From the IMG/VR virus record IMGVR_UViG_3300021364_000006: a stretch of DNA of 64,000 nucleotides. The stretch is one strand, 5' to 3'. The position numbers and the translations under genes are program-made. Shown here one piece after another: positions 45,426-56,075 of this stretch. This DNA is from a virus. Below the pieces are notes generated by a model. The model made no database searches. It had not been told where the DNA came from and saw nothing but the letters and a program-made list of their open reading frames with translations. Numbering within the stretch: position 1 is the first letter of the stretch; every line of letters starts with the position of its first letter.

Positions 45426-47135
45426 TTAGACTATTCTACTGAAGCCTTTTACTTTGTCAAATCTAATTACATTCTCAAACTTATCGTATAATCCATCTTT
45501 ATGAGAGATGACAAAAATATTTGCATCTTTGATAACGTATTTAATGATCTTCAGAAATTCTTCTGTACCAAATCCATCGAGAGAAGAATCAAAAACTTCA
45601 TCCATGATGAGAAGATTTGTATTTACTGAATTCTTAGCTCTAGCAATTTCTCTCCACGTAAACAAAAGTGCTAGGTCGATTCTCATCTTTTCCCCTTCAC
45701 TGAATGATGAATAGGAAAACTTATCATGAACTGGTGATTGAATAGTTTCCGTAAACTCTTCATCAAGTTTAAAATTGATGTAGAAGTCCATCATTCTCAA
45801 ATAACGGTGTACTTGCTGGTTAATGAGAGGCAAATACTTTTTAATGATTTGCCTCTTTACACCTCCGTCTTTGAGTAATGAAAATGCGAAGTCGTAATAA
45901 CTTAATGATTCCTTGTGCTCACTAAGATCATTATAAAGTTTATCTAGATCCTTCTGGAATGATAGTAGTTTCTCGTGTTCAGAATTTCGGTTCTCGAGCT
46001 GACTGGTAACAGTTTGAATCTCAGATTCGAGTTGTCGTATCTGTCTGTGAATCCCAGATATTGTAGAATTGTTTGTAGAAATCTCATGGTTGAGGTTTAC
46101 AATCTCCTTGCTGATTTTTTTAAATTGCTGCTCTCGTTTTTCTTCCTCTTTAATTGCCGCTTCCAGTTCGTTATAACCAGATTGCAACTCTTTAGCTTTA
46201 GATTGAGCAGCTTCAACTCTATTTAACCGAAACTCTTCTTCTATGTCTTGGTCGCATGTGGGGCAAACCGTATGATCATTAAAAAACTTATGCTCTTTTG
46301 TAATGGTTGAAACTTTCTGAGAGATTTTGCCTTTCAAATTGCCAAGTTTTCGTAACTTATCTGAAGCACCAGAGTAATTTTCTAGTTCGGTTTGTAAAGA
46401 ATTTACTTTGATTTGCACACCATCATTTTCACTTCTAGTATCATTCTCTTCAATCAAAAGTTTTTGAATAACATCTTCCTTTAGTTTGATATTTTCCTTT
46501 CCACGGTTCTCCAACTCATCGATAAAGTTTTTTTGCATCTTGATCTTCTCAAGATAAGATTCTTTTTTAACATCCAGAATCTTGGTCTTTTCACGGAATA
46601 CTTTAATCTTTTCCTTAATGAGTCCATTCATTGCCGAAAAGATCTTGATATCCAAAAGATCTTCAATTACTTCTCTACGATGACCACTTGAAAGTTGCAT
46701 GAATGGGACGAAAGTAGAACTTCCCAGAATTACAACTTGAGTAAAAGATTTGTGATTTAGTTTGAGGATATTATCTTCAAGAATTCTCTGGTTTGATCTG
46801 TCGTCAGCTTCCTTATGCAGGACTGTTCCGTTGACTTCAATATCAAACACATTTGGTTTCATTCCTCTACGAATGAAATACTTTTTATTACCAACCTTAA
46901 AATTTACTTCAACAAGACAGTTCTTCTCATTAACTGTATTGACAAGTTGTGGTTTATTAATTTTACGAAAAGGTTTATTGAACAATGCAAAAGTCAATGC
47001 ATCTAGCAATGTAGACTTGCCAGATCCATTTGATCCAATAATGATAGTATTACTAGACTGAGTGAAATCAATTTCAGTCCACTGATCACCAGTTGAAAGA
47101 AAATTCTTCCAACGAATATTCTCAAATAAAATCAT
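45426..47135 (-). CDS. gp46: Rad50/SbcC-like recombination ATPase
   Basis: GSNGSGKS, CPTC hook, FSEGE, DEVFD. Confidence 0.96.
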   Translation of the reverse strand: MILFENIRWKNFLSTGDQWTEIDFTQSSNTIIIGSNGSGKSTLLDALTFALFNKPFRKINKPQLVNTVNEKNCLVEVNFKVGNKKYFIRRGMKPNVFDIEVNGTVLHKEADDRSNQRILEDNILKLNHKSFTQVVILGSSTFVPFMQLSSGHRREVIEDLLDIKIFSAMNGLIKEKIKVFREKTKILDVKKESYLEKIKMQKNFIDELENRGKENIKLKEDVIQKLLIEENDTRSENDGVQIKVNSLQTELENYSGASDKLRKLGNLKGKISQKVSTITKEHKFFNDHTVCPTCDQDIEEEFRLNRVEAAQSKAKELQSGYNELEAAIKEEEKREQQFKKISKEIVNLNHEISTNNSTISGIHRQIRQLESEIQTVTSQLENRNSEHEKLLSFQKDLDKLYNDLSEHKESLSYYDFAFSLLKDGGVKRQIIKKYLPLINQQVHRYLRMMDFYINFKLDEEFTETIQSPVHDKFSYSSFSEGEKMRIDLALLFTWREIARAKNSVNTNLLIMDEVFDSSLDGFGTEEFLKIIKYVIKDANIFVISHKDGLYDKFENVIRFDKVKGFSRIV

Positions 47136-47136
47136 A

Positions 47137-47397
47137 CTACTTCAATGGTGGAACAACTAAATCATCCTTTGTGATGACCACATAATTTACTCCCTTCACT
47201 ATACAAGTTTTGATTGCAAGATCTGGATCGACTTCTACTGGTTCAACTGAGCCTTCATCATTCTCAGTTTCTAACATCATAGCATATCTTTCGGCATCTG
47301 ACTGCTCTTCAAAGAAAAATAAAACCTTTTCCCTTTTTTTGTTATAAACAGCATAAGCACCCTCTTGCTTTTCTGTTTTTTGAACAAGCATGAACAT
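47137..47397 (-). CDS. conserved hypothetical protein
   Basis: EGAYAV..FEEQSDAERYA. Confidence 0.75.
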   Translation of the reverse strand: MFMLVQKTEKQEGAYAVYNKKREKVLFFFEEQSDAERYAMMLETENDEGSVEPVEVDPDLAIKTCIVKGVNYVVITKDDLVVPPLK

Positions 47398-48446
47398 TAC
47401 TCAACCTCGCAAGCTGAAGTATAGACTTTCTCTAGAATTGATTTTACCTTTGATGTATTCAAACTACATTCAGATTCATCTACGTATCTATTCAAAATAG
47501 AAAGTGTATTTTCAGACTCGTCAGAAGAGAAATCTTCACTCTGATAGAAACCATTGAAATCAAAATTCTCAACAATTTTTAAATCATTGACACCAGATGC
47601 GTAAAGTTTATCAATAAACCTTTCAAACTTATTCAGATTACTTTTCTTATTTACTATAACCTTGACAATTTTGTTTTTATATGGTTCAGCATTAAAGGTT
47701 TGATATGGAGTATCTTCATATGAAATCACATAAAACAATCTATGTGGATTATTGACAGGAGTGTGTTCTAAAGTCTCTGTATCAAAAATATGAAAACCTC
47801 TAGTCTCTTCTACATCATGCCAATAGATTTCATATGGATTCCCAAGATAGTAGACATTATCTTGAAAGTTTCTGTGATGATAATGGCCAGAAAAAACTTT
47901 CTCAAACTTTGAATAGTTTGCTTTATCTTCACCATGCTCACAAATATATGTTTTGTTTGCATAGAATCCTCTCATCTCAAGATGACCAAAAGCAACTTTT
48001 GCTTTAGTTCTTTTCATGATTGCCATCGTGTCTTCACGATTTTCATCATTGATCCATGGGATGAAGAAAGTTTTCAGACCTCCAATCTCAACTTCGGTAG
48101 GACTTCCATAAACAACAACGTTATCATACTCTCGTAACAATAAGTCAACAGAGTTAATCTCGTTAGTGTCTTTGTAATAAGCTGTGTGATTTCCGACAAT
48201 TGTATGCACAGTGATGCCCATAGACTGAAGGCGATCATAGTAAACCTCTTTAGCCCAATTGAGAGACCAGAAGTCAATGCCTTTACGAGTGTCGAAAGTA
48301 TCACCCATATCGATAACAGTGTCGATTCCTTCCTTTTCAAGGGTTGGGAAGAAGACTGTTTCGTAGAACTTTTTGAAGTAGTCATGGAGATTTTGATTTC
48401 CTTTTCTAGCACCAAAATGTTGATCTGTAATGATCGCAACCTTCAC
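47397..48446 (-). CDS. gp47: Mre11/SbcD-like recombination nuclease
   Basis: TDQHFG, GDTFD, GNH, GHYH. Confidence 0.96.
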   Translation of the reverse strand: MKVAIITDQHFGARKGNQNLHDYFKKFYETVFFPTLEKEGIDTVIDMGDTFDTRKGIDFWSLNWAKEVYYDRLQSMGITVHTIVGNHTAYYKDTNEINSVDLLLREYDNVVVYGSPTEVEIGGLKTFFIPWINDENREDTMAIMKRTKAKVAFGHLEMRGFYANKTYICEHGEDKANYSKFEKVFSGHYHHRNFQDNVYYLGNPYEIYWHDVEETRGFHIFDTETLEHTPVNNPHRLFYVISYEDTPYQTFNAEPYKNKIVKVIVNKKSNLNKFERFIDKLYASGVNDLKIVENFDFNGFYQSEDFSSDESENTLSILNRYVDESECSLNTSKVKSILEKVYTSACEVE

Positions 48447-48703
48447 AACTTCCCTCCTACTACACCATTGTTAACGACACGTACAGATCCTTCTGGCCAA
48501 CCCTCCTGTTCACACTTTAGATGCCAACGACTCATATCAGTAACAATTTTTTCGGTCATTCCAAACAAGAAGTCTTTTCCCGTATCCTTACGAACACTCT
48601 TCCACATGAAACGTGTCTCTTCTACGCGAAAGGCATCATCAATCCATTCGTAATTCTCATCTTCGCAGCGTTGTGCTTCATCCAGGATTTGCTCTTGAGT
48701 CAT
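48443..48703 (-). CDS. conserved hypothetical protein
   Basis: WIDDAFRV..VVGGKL. Confidence 0.7.
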   Translation of the reverse strand: MTQEQILDEAQRCEDENYEWIDDAFRVEETRFMWKSVRKDTGKDFLFGMTEKIVTDMSRWHLKCEQEGWPEGSVRVVNNGVVGGKL

Positions 48704-49206
48704 CGGTTCATCTTAGTCTGAATGTTTTCCTTGATCGTATTATAGTCTGAACTGGTGCGAGAAAGCAAGCTGTCGTCAACTGCCATGACCTCAGCAAATC
48801 CAGACTTTTCAATGATGCGATTTTTGATCTCTAGTTGCTTTTTCTCTTTACCAATTCTTCTTAGAAAAGCAAAGTAAATAATTTGGGTAAAGTATGCAAA
48901 AGGATTTGAACTCTTTTGTGGATCGAAATTAGTAACATATTCAATACAATTTTCTAATCCATCAGATATCATGTCCTCTTTGAACATGTAATTAACAAAG
49001 TTTGGTTTGTGTGATAGATGATCACCAATCTTTTTGAAACAGGTTCCTAAGAACTCATGAGTTTTTCTAAACTCTCTCGACTCACGTAAAAGATCTGCTT
49101 TAGTCTTTCCTTCCGCTTCAGCTTGCTTCAGAAAGTCTTTGTACTTGTTGATCTCAGCAAGGAACTCTTTGTTATTTACATAATGTTCTGGTTTTTTCTT
49201 TACCAT
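48700..49206 (-). CDS. gp55: late transcription sigma factor
   Basis: HYVNNKEF, NPFAYFTQI. Confidence 0.95.
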   Translation of the reverse strand: MVKKKPEHYVNNKEFLAEINKYKDFLKQAEAEGKTKADLLRESREFRKTHEFLGTCFKKIGDHLSHKPNFVNYMFKEDMISDGLENCIEYVTNFDPQKSSNPFAYFTQIIYFAFLRRIGKEKKQLEIKNRIIEKSGFAEVMAVDDSLLSRTSSDYNTIKENIQTKMNR

Positions 49207-49234
49207 TACTTTTTCTAATTTTACCTTTGATACA

Positions 49235-49285
49235 ATTATATCACGTATGCAAGGACTTGACAACATACGTAAAAACTAGTACAAT
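49235..49285. promoter_or_regulatory. overlapping divergent sigma70 promoters
   Basis: minus TTGTCA-17-TATAAT; plus TTGACA-17-TACAAT. Confidence 0.7.
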
Positions 49286-49310
49286 CTGGCTTGTCCAGGA
49301 TGAAAAGAAA

Positions 49311-49772
49311 TTAAAGCTCTTTATGGTTATCTTTAATATCTACTTTAAAGATATCCTCTAAAGATTTTTTCTTTTCGGATATTGATCCTAGAAATCCCAT
49401 CTTCCTGGTTACATTCTTTTCAGCTTCTGATTTGAGATCGTATTGATCATCATCCTGTTGCATCTTGAATTCGTTTCTTGACTCATTAAAGTCAGTATAC
49501 ATTTCGATGATGTCAATATCATCAATCTCTGTCATTGTTATGACTTTTGATAACCGAATGAAGAAAATATCTTCGGTAGTCATCTTCATCCAAGGTTCAA
49601 TTTTTATCTGTGAAATGTTTCCATGAGTTGTATAGTTTATAATGATCGGTTCCTGTAGAACAATTAGAGGATCACTTGGATCTGAATCATCGACCATTAT
49701 TAAAGATACAACTTCTTCACCAGAGACTAGTTTTAAGGAACAGTAAAATTCTTTTTCTAGATCTGAATTCAT
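49311..49772 (-). CDS. conserved hypothetical protein
   Basis: LKLVSGEEV..EPWM. Confidence 0.75.
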   Translation of the reverse strand: MNSDLEKEFYCSLKLVSGEEVVSLIMVDDSDPSDPLIVLQEPIIINYTTHGNISQIKIEPWMKMTTEDIFFIRLSKVITMTEIDDIDIIEMYTDFNESRNEFKMQQDDDQYDLKSEAEKNVTRKMGFLGSISEKKKSLEDIFKVDIKDNHKEL

Positions 49773-51232
49773 TGAGATAACGCGACGTTTATTACTTCAT
49801 AGTTAAATTTTTCTTCTTTATATATTTTGATTCTTTCTACTAAATGATTAAGAGTGTAATTTCTTCTTTTGTTGAAAGTTATATCATCTGCAATGTCAAA
49901 GAGGGTAGCTTTACTTTTATTGTCACTCTTTCTAAGTACTCTTCCAATTGATTGAAGATTCCTTACTCTTGATTTTGATGGCGATGCAAATATAACGTTA
50001 TGGAGATTTTTAATATTGATTCCTGTTGAGAAAGTTCCGTAAGATGCAACAATAATTGCGTCAGATTCTTGCTCTGTGATTTTACGTATCCTCTCTCTGT
50101 CCTCAGTTTCTACTCCACCATAGACAAAGAATACTTTTCTATTATCTTTGACGGAATTATTTATTAAATCAAATAATGGTTCACCATGAGTTTCTACTCT
50201 GGTAAACAACACCAAAGTATTACCTTTTTGGACCAAAGTTAGATTTTTAATGAAGTTATTCCTTTGTGGATTATCACAAAGGTATCTTATCTCTTCTTGA
50301 TAGTTATCAAATATTCTAGGTTTATGTTGCAATCTAATAATCTTTACGTCAAGATCTGATAGATGTTTATTCTTGATCAGTTCTTTTGTTTTGATCGTTG
50401 AATATGATGGACCGAACAGGCCTTCTAAAATCCATTTGTGAGTTTGACTACCATCAAGTGTTCCTGTAAATCCAAATCTGTATTTGGCATCAGCAAGTTT
50501 TGTCATGATGTTGACTAGAGATTTAGATTTGAATAGATGAGCCTCATCACCAACTACAACTTCAAATCTCTCAAAGTATTTTCTTTCAAGTTTGTAGATA
50601 GATTGCCAAGTGGTAATAATAACTTGATTCTTAGTTTCTCTTTCTCTACCACCATAAATTTTGTGGCAATAAGATCCAACATCCCATCCATAGTCTGCAA
50701 AGTCCTTATACATCTGTTCCACAAGAGATGTGGTTGGAACGATGATTAGTGTATCTTTGCCTTGCTCAACGTAATATCTAACTACTGAATAAATCATCAA
50801 TGATTTGCCAGATCCAGTTGGGGATACAATGAGTCTTCTATTGCACTTCAGAGCGTCGTAGACCGCTTGAATCTGGTAGTCTCTAGGTTTGTGTACCGAG
50901 ATCTTCGTCATATAGTCTTTGACGCCCTCGTAGGAGATCATCTGATTTAGATCAATCGGATGACCGTAATATTTGTTATCTTCAAATTCGTACTTATATC
51001 CGTGATCGTCACAAAATCTCAGCAGCTTATCCAAGAGACCAATGTAGATCTCTCCTGTCTGAATATTGAACAATCGGATTTTTCCGTCCCACCATCTGTT
51101 TCGATATTGGGGCATATACTTTGCCCCCTCAACATCAAAAGTAAATTGATCAGATAGTTCGTGTTTAATGTGTGGTTCAGTCTTTATCCTAAGAAAGACT
51201 TCGTTCTTCTTAGAAATAATCAAATCAGACAT
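49769..51232 (-). CDS. uvsW: UvsW helicase
   Basis: PTGSGKS, DEAH, QSIGRVLR. Confidence 0.96.
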   Translation of the reverse strand: MSDLIISKKNEVFLRIKTEPHIKHELSDQFTFDVEGAKYMPQYRNRWWDGKIRLFNIQTGEIYIGLLDKLLRFCDDHGYKYEFEDNKYYGHPIDLNQMISYEGVKDYMTKISVHKPRDYQIQAVYDALKCNRRLIVSPTGSGKSLMIYSVVRYYVEQGKDTLIIVPTTSLVEQMYKDFADYGWDVGSYCHKIYGGRERETKNQVIITTWQSIYKLERKYFERFEVVVGDEAHLFKSKSLVNIMTKLADAKYRFGFTGTLDGSQTHKWILEGLFGPSYSTIKTKELIKNKHLSDLDVKIIRLQHKPRIFDNYQEEIRYLCDNPQRNNFIKNLTLVQKGNTLVLFTRVETHGEPLFDLINNSVKDNRKVFFVYGGVETEDRERIRKITEQESDAIIVASYGTFSTGINIKNLHNVIFASPSKSRVRNLQSIGRVLRKSDNKSKATLFDIADDITFNKRRNYTLNHLVERIKIYKEEKFNYEVINVALSQ

Positions 51233-51257
51233 ATATTAAAGGATTCACCTAAAATAT

Positions 51258-51497
51258 TTAGTCGTCTACTTGAAACTTATATTCTAAAACCATTCTATAA
51301 AAGAAATCCTTAAGCATTACCAATCTTTCTTGCTCGTAAGGATCTCCTCCAGGCCATTTCTCCAAATGAAAGCAAATTGACTTATATACAGAATACGTAT
51401 CTGTAATGTCTAATTCTAGAGACACAAATGGTAAATCGTCTTGCCAATTACTATCGTAGTTTTTATCCATTACATACCTGCTTGAAACTTCATCCAA
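51258..51497 (-). CDS. hypothetical protein
   Basis: WPGGDPYEQE motif. Confidence 0.7.
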   Translation of the reverse strand: MDEVSSRYVMDKNYDSNWQDDLPFVSLELDITDTYSVYKSICFHLEKWPGGDPYEQERLVMLKDFFYRMVLEYKFQVDD

Positions 51498-51898
51498 TCG
51501 ATTGCATTTTTGATTGCATAATTTCTATTCGATAAAGACTTGATGATTTCTTCCAAATAACGAAGCATTGTATCATAGTATTTAATCTTTAGATCAACTT
51601 GACTTACTTTTCCGTCAGCAGACATATATCTTGTCAGTGCTTCTTTATCTCTAACTTTGTACGGAAAAGGTTCTTCTTCATATACATCTGGATCAGCCTT
51701 TCCAGTGTAAAAGACATGTCTCTCCAGATAAACTCTATTATATGTTTCTTTAGCCCTCTCCCTTAGCAGTAAAGTTGTATTGTACAGTTCATAATATTTC
51801 GCATGAAGTTGTGAAGTTTTCAGTGATTCATTTGCTAAATCGTCTTTGTCGATTTCAGAATCACGAGTCCACATCTTCTGGATGTCATCAAGATTCAT
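51470..51898 (-). CDS. uvsY: recombination mediator UvsY
   Basis: LHAKY, IKNAIDW..F..G. Confidence 0.9.
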   Translation of the reverse strand: MNLDDIQKMWTRDSEIDKDDLANESLKTSQLHAKYYELYNTTLLLRERAKETYNRVYLERHVFYTGKADPDVYEEEPFPYKVRDKEALTRYMSADGKVSQVDLKIKYYDTMLRYLEEIIKSLSNRNYAIKNAIDWMKFQAGM

Positions 51899-52443
51899 AA
51901 ATTAGTTCCACGTAAATTAGTCACTTCATATAGAGTATACTTGAAAACCACCTGAGCTGTAAAGTATTCCTCACTCTGTAGTTTACTATCAAATTCAAGT
52001 CCCGTCAAACTGACTGGAAATAGGTCTTGGAAATTAATTTTAAAATTAGGTTTGAAATTGCTGTTTAGAACAACTAGAGTTCCATCCGAAAACTGTTCTT
52101 GTGGATCTCTGAGACCATCAGAATCTGTTGTAAGATCTTTAAACTGCTGAGGAGTTTTTGGAAATCCAAGTCCAGTCATCCAGTTGTGGACAGCCATATA
52201 GTTTTCAAAATCTTCATCTACGAGAAATGACATCGTAAAATCAGAATATTGTAATTGATCTCCAGGAACATCAATATTCTTTAGATATGATGGTTGAACT
52301 GCAGTATTCAGAGAGATTTCAGGAATATTTGCAGTCTGGCAAAAGAAATTTATCTTTGGATTCTTTTCAATGGTAAACTCAAAACCACCAGGAGTCAAAA
52401 AATTCCTATTCTGAATCTGATTTCTATATTGTGATACGGTCAT
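51895..52443 (-). CDS. gp3: tail completion / tube terminator protein
   Basis: NRNFL, FLVDEDFENY, LFPVSL; synteny. Confidence 0.85.
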   Translation of the reverse strand: MTVSQYRNQIQNRNFLTPGGFEFTIEKNPKINFFCQTANIPEISLNTAVQPSYLKNIDVPGDQLQYSDFTMSFLVDEDFENYMAVHNWMTGLGFPKTPQQFKDLTTDSDGLRDPQEQFSDGTLVVLNSNFKPNFKINFQDLFPVSLTGLEFDSKLQSEEYFTAQVVFKYTLYEVTNLRGTNL

Positions 52444-52461
52444 TAGGAGTTTTATTTGTAT

Positions 52462-52611
52462 TTAGACAGAAATAGACATAAAAGAAGCGCCCCCATTTTG
52501 GAGACGCTTTTTGAGTGCTTGACGACGAGCCTTTGCTTGTCGCAATGCTTGAGGTTTGAGTTTTCTTTTTTGATCCTTTTTGGAATGGTGTTGCCAGTTA
52601 GGTGTGTTCAT
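52462..52611 (-). CDS. small basic hypothetical protein
   Basis: PNWQHHSKK..LKPQALRQAK. Confidence 0.6.
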   Translation of the reverse strand: MNTPNWQHHSKKDQKRKLKPQALRQAKARRQALKKRLQNGGASFMSISV

Positions 52612-52627
52612 GATCTCAGTATAGCAT

Positions 52628-52651
52628 AAAAAAAGGGACCCGAAGGTCCCT
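52628..52651 (-). terminator. gp23 terminator
   Basis: GGGACC-TTCG-GGTCCC-T7. Confidence 0.9.
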
Positions 52652-52670
52652 TGAAATATGTGAACCGATA

Positions 52671-54092
52671 TCACATGAGGTTTTTGACGGAAACGCGACG
52701 ATAGTAGCGGTTGGTGCCAGCCTTGATAGCGCCGACAGCAGCAGTAGTGCCTTCAGCGAAGGGATTAGCGACCATGCCGTAGCGAGTCTTGAATCCGATC
52801 TTGGGCTGGAAGGTGTCCTGACCAACGGCACGGACCATCTGGAGAGGTACGTAGGGGCAGTAGAATAGACCAGCGTCATAAGGTGAGGAACCCTTATAAC
52901 CAACAACGTAGTACTGGAGTGCAGAGTTGTTGGAAGCGAAGGGATCGATGTAGACGCGATACTTACCGTTGATAGTACCAGCAAAGGTGTTGCCAGCGTC
53001 GTCAACGTTAAGGTTGGCGTTAAGGGCAGGGGTGTAATCAAGTACACCAGCCATGGTTAGAGCAGAAGCAACATCAGCGGAAGTTAGGATGATGTTACCC
53101 TTTCCACGACGAGTTCTTTGTGCGATCTGGTTGGCATCGCGCTCGATCTGGAATAGTAGACCCTTGAACTTCTCAACGCTCCAGCGACCGTTAGAGTCGA
53201 TGTCTAGGTCAAACTGACCAGCGGTAGCAGTGTTGAGTTGAGCACCAGCCTCAGCAGACTTGTAGATGGTTCTGATAACTTCGCGGTTGATCTCAGCCAT
53301 GATCTCAGTGGAGAGAATGTTGGCGAGTTCAGCCTCGGCGTTTAGACCATGGATTGCCTTGAGGTCTTGTGCTAGTTCTAGGGAGTACTCTGCTTTGAGT
53401 GCTCTGGACTTAGCGGTTACAGTGACTTTCTCGATTGAGAATGCCATCTGGTTGAAGTCGGTTGATCCGTCGCCTAGGGCTTCAGAATCAGTGACATCCA
53501 TACCCTGACCTACGCTGTAGGTGCTGGGAGCAGCGTTAGGATCGAGAACGCCAGGATTGGAACCACGCTGTAAGGTAGTACCGAAACCAACGCTACCGCC
53601 GCTGTCAGAACCGCCAGTGTAGTCGCCCTGAGTGGCGGCATAGTTGGAGGTCTGAGCGGAGAATGCGGAATCGGGCTCGTTGAATAGAGCTTCGGTTCCA
53701 GTCATGTTCTCATAGCGAGAACGCATTGCGAAGATTAGTCCAGTAGGACCGTTCATGGGCTGCACACCAGCGAGGTCATAAGCGACCAAGTTGGGCATGG
53801 AGCGACGGATGAGGCTGATTAGTACGGGATCGAAACCACCAGTGGGTGAACCGCTGTCAGTGCCGCTAGTACCGCTGAATCTTCCACCACCACCAGTAGA
53901 GAAGGAGTTGGTAGGGGTTGCTTCAGATAGATCGTAACCTTCAGAGAAAGCACGCTCTTCGTTTAGAAAACGCTCTTGGTTTTCAAGGAGTTGGGCGGTG
54001 ACTGCACGACGGTGGTTGTCCTTAATGGAATCGCAACCTTCGTAGTCTAGAAGTGGAGCCCACTTCTCCATTAGTTGGGGATTGTTGTACAT
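52671..54092 (-). CDS. gp23: major capsid protein
   Basis: KWAPLL, GVQPMNGPTG, FYCPYVPL, KTRYG. Confidence 0.98.
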   Translation of the reverse strand: MYNNPQLMEKWAPLLDYEGCDSIKDNHRRAVTAQLLENQERFLNEERAFSEGYDLSEATPTNSFSTGGGGRFSGTSGTDSGSPTGGFDPVLISLIRRSMPNLVAYDLAGVQPMNGPTGLIFAMRSRYENMTGTEALFNEPDSAFSAQTSNYAATQGDYTGGSDSGGSVGFGTTLQRGSNPGVLDPNAAPSTYSVGQGMDVTDSEALGDGSTDFNQMAFSIEKVTVTAKSRALKAEYSLELAQDLKAIHGLNAEAELANILSTEIMAEINREVIRTIYKSAEAGAQLNTATAGQFDLDIDSNGRWSVEKFKGLLFQIERDANQIAQRTRRGKGNIILTSADVASALTMAGVLDYTPALNANLNVDDAGNTFAGTINGKYRVYIDPFASNNSALQYYVVGYKGSSPYDAGLFYCPYVPLQMVRAVGQDTFQPKIGFKTRYGMVANPFAEGTTAAVGAIKAGTNRYYRRVSVKNLM

Positions 54093-54140
54093 TTCTTGGG
54101 AGTTAGTTTAAGGTTTTACAAAAATGATCTATGTTAACGA

Positions 54141-55100
54141 TCACTTAATTCTGGAGAGAGTATCTAAGTAGCGAGACATTGAACCAGTATAGTCTGGACC
54201 ACTGCCTACACCCTCAGATAGTGTTTCTGAAGTGTCAGCAACGACACCTTCTGTTGGGAAGTATGACTCTCTTAGAGTCGTTAACTTTTCACGGTAAGAT
54301 TCTTCACCCTCAAACTCAACACCTTCTGCTAGAGAAGCGAGTTTCTCCTTCTGTGTTAGTGCAAGACCTTCGGAAACGGATGCGAAGATACCTTCAGCAG
54401 TGGTTTCTCCAAGTCTGCGGTTCAGTTGGATATTTCTCTCGATTTGCTCGTTGAGCTTGGTCTCCATGTCATCAAGTTTTTCTACCATATTCTCAACAAC
54501 ATCATATTTATCTTCAGGGATGGATACATAATGATCTTCAAAAAGACTCTTCATTCCTTCGAGGAATGATTCGGTCATCTCAGTCTTCAGACCTTGCTCG
54601 ATCTGAAGTGCATTTTCTTCGACCCATTCTTGAGCAACATACTCAAGATATGCATCGACTCTTTCAACTAGTTCGGACTTCATGCCTTCTAGTTGTTCTG
54701 TAAGAGCTGCTTCTGATTCTTCAGCGATTTTTGCTTTAGCTTGCTCTACACGCATGTGTACAGCAGCTTCAAAAACAGTCTTTGCTTTTTCTTGGAACTC
54801 TTCGGAGAGTTCTTCGCCAGCGAATAGAGCAGCAACGTCCTCTTCGACGCTGACTTCTTCGATGGTTTCTTCTTGGGTTTCTACTTCTTCTTTGGCAGTT
54901 GCGCCTTTAGCAGTAGGAACGGGTGCTCTACCTAAAGATGCACCAGGATCTTTTAGTTTTGCAGAATCGTCGTCGGGTCTGTAGTTCTCGGGGGTAGGAC
55001 CACCAAGATCTTCGACCTGAGCACCACCAGCGACCATAGGATCACCAGCAGCCGCGCCTTTTTTCACGACGTTTTCCATTTCTTGTAAATTAGCGGACAT
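54141..55100 (-). CDS. gp22: prohead core scaffold
   Basis: LSEEFQEKAKTVFEAA, YLEYVAQEW. Confidence 0.93.
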   Translation of the reverse strand: MSANLQEMENVVKKGAAAGDPMVAGGAQVEDLGGPTPENYRPDDDSAKLKDPGASLGRAPVPTAKGATAKEEVETQEETIEEVSVEEDVAALFAGEELSEEFQEKAKTVFEAAVHMRVEQAKAKIAEESEAALTEQLEGMKSELVERVDAYLEYVAQEWVEENALQIEQGLKTEMTESFLEGMKSLFEDHYVSIPEDKYDVVENMVEKLDDMETKLNEQIERNIQLNRRLGETTAEGIFASVSEGLALTQKEKLASLAEGVEFEGEESYREKLTTLRESYFPTEGVVADTSETLSEGVGSGPDYTGSMSRYLDTLSRIK

Positions 55101-55143
55101 TTGAACTCTCCGAATGTTAGATCTATTTGTGAAAATCTATACT

Positions 55144-55151
55144 TATTTATA
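55144..55151 (-). promoter_or_regulatory. T4 late promoter
   Basis: TATAAATA upstream of gp22. Confidence 0.85.
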
Positions 55152-55153
55152 AT

Positions 55154-55804
55154 TTATAGATTTGATAAGAAGTTTTGGAATAAGTTTAACTTATTCTCCT
55201 CTAGTTTATTTTGATCAACTAAGGTGTTAATCTTTTTATATGTTTTTTCTGCAAGTCTTTCGCGGAGAATGCCTCCATCCCAGACCCACTCTTTACCTTC
55301 CATGATGCCATCAACGAAAGCATCAGGTGCGGAGGGATCTGCTACAATATCAGCTGCAGTTGCTAGAGAGAAATCATCATTAACCATACTATAGCCTTCT
55401 CTGGTTGGAGAAAGTGTTCCAACACCACGGGAAGATACACCAAGTTTCACTCCATCATTGAGGAGAGATTCTGCAATTTTACCCATTGGGGTTGAGAGGA
55501 TTTTAGCCTTTCCAATAAAGTTATCACCCTCTCTTTGGAGTGAAACAATTTTATGAGAAACTCTGTCAAGGTTAATAGAAGGACCATCAGGATGGCCTAG
55601 TTCTCCTAGGGCACGACCTTTATTAACAAAATTTTCATTGTAACGCTTTACTTCTCTTTCAAGAAGACCAGCGTCATACATTCTTTTGTTTCTATTGGCA
55701 ATGTTGCCCTGAAGGAAAACCCCTTCAATGTAGAGATTCTTTTTACCGTTGCGTTGCTCAACGATAATCTCTACCTGTTCGATTTCTTCTCTGATGAGTT
55801 TCAT
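55154..55804 (-). CDS. gp21: prohead protease
   Basis: GELGHP, GVSSRG, DPSAPDA. Confidence 0.96.
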   Translation of the reverse strand: MKLIREEIEQVEIIVEQRNGKKNLYIEGVFLQGNIANRNKRMYDAGLLEREVKRYNENFVNKGRALGELGHPDGPSINLDRVSHKIVSLQREGDNFIGKAKILSTPMGKIAESLLNDGVKLGVSSRGVGTLSPTREGYSMVNDDFSLATAADIVADPSAPDAFVDGIMEGKEWVWDGGILRERLAEKTYKKINTLVDQNKLEENKLNLFQNFLSNL

Positions 55805-55808
55805 TTTT

Positions 55809-56075
55809 TTAAACGGTAAATCCTACTTTGGTTGCCTTTACATCTGAAGAACCAGCAAGGATCATGTCTTTATGCTTCTTCTCAATGTATTCAACAGTGC
55901 CTGTTGGCATAGTCATAGAACCAATTCCTTGATAATTTTCATCAAGAATGGTAATTAACTGAGCTGCTGCATTGCTGTTGTAAAGGCGAACAACAGTAGC
56001 TGCACTAAAACTAGATGCTGTTCCAACAGTAGTTGGGCAGTTTGTTTGTGGTCCTAGGACAAGTGATCTTGCCAT
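55809..56075 (-). CDS. small putative virion protein
   Basis: ATVVRLYN..GSMTM..IEK; head cluster. Confidence 0.65.
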   Translation of the reverse strand: MARSLVLGPQTNCPTTVGTASSFSAATVVRLYNSNAAAQLITILDENYQGIGSMTMPTGTVEYIEKKHKDMILAGSSDVKATKVGFTV

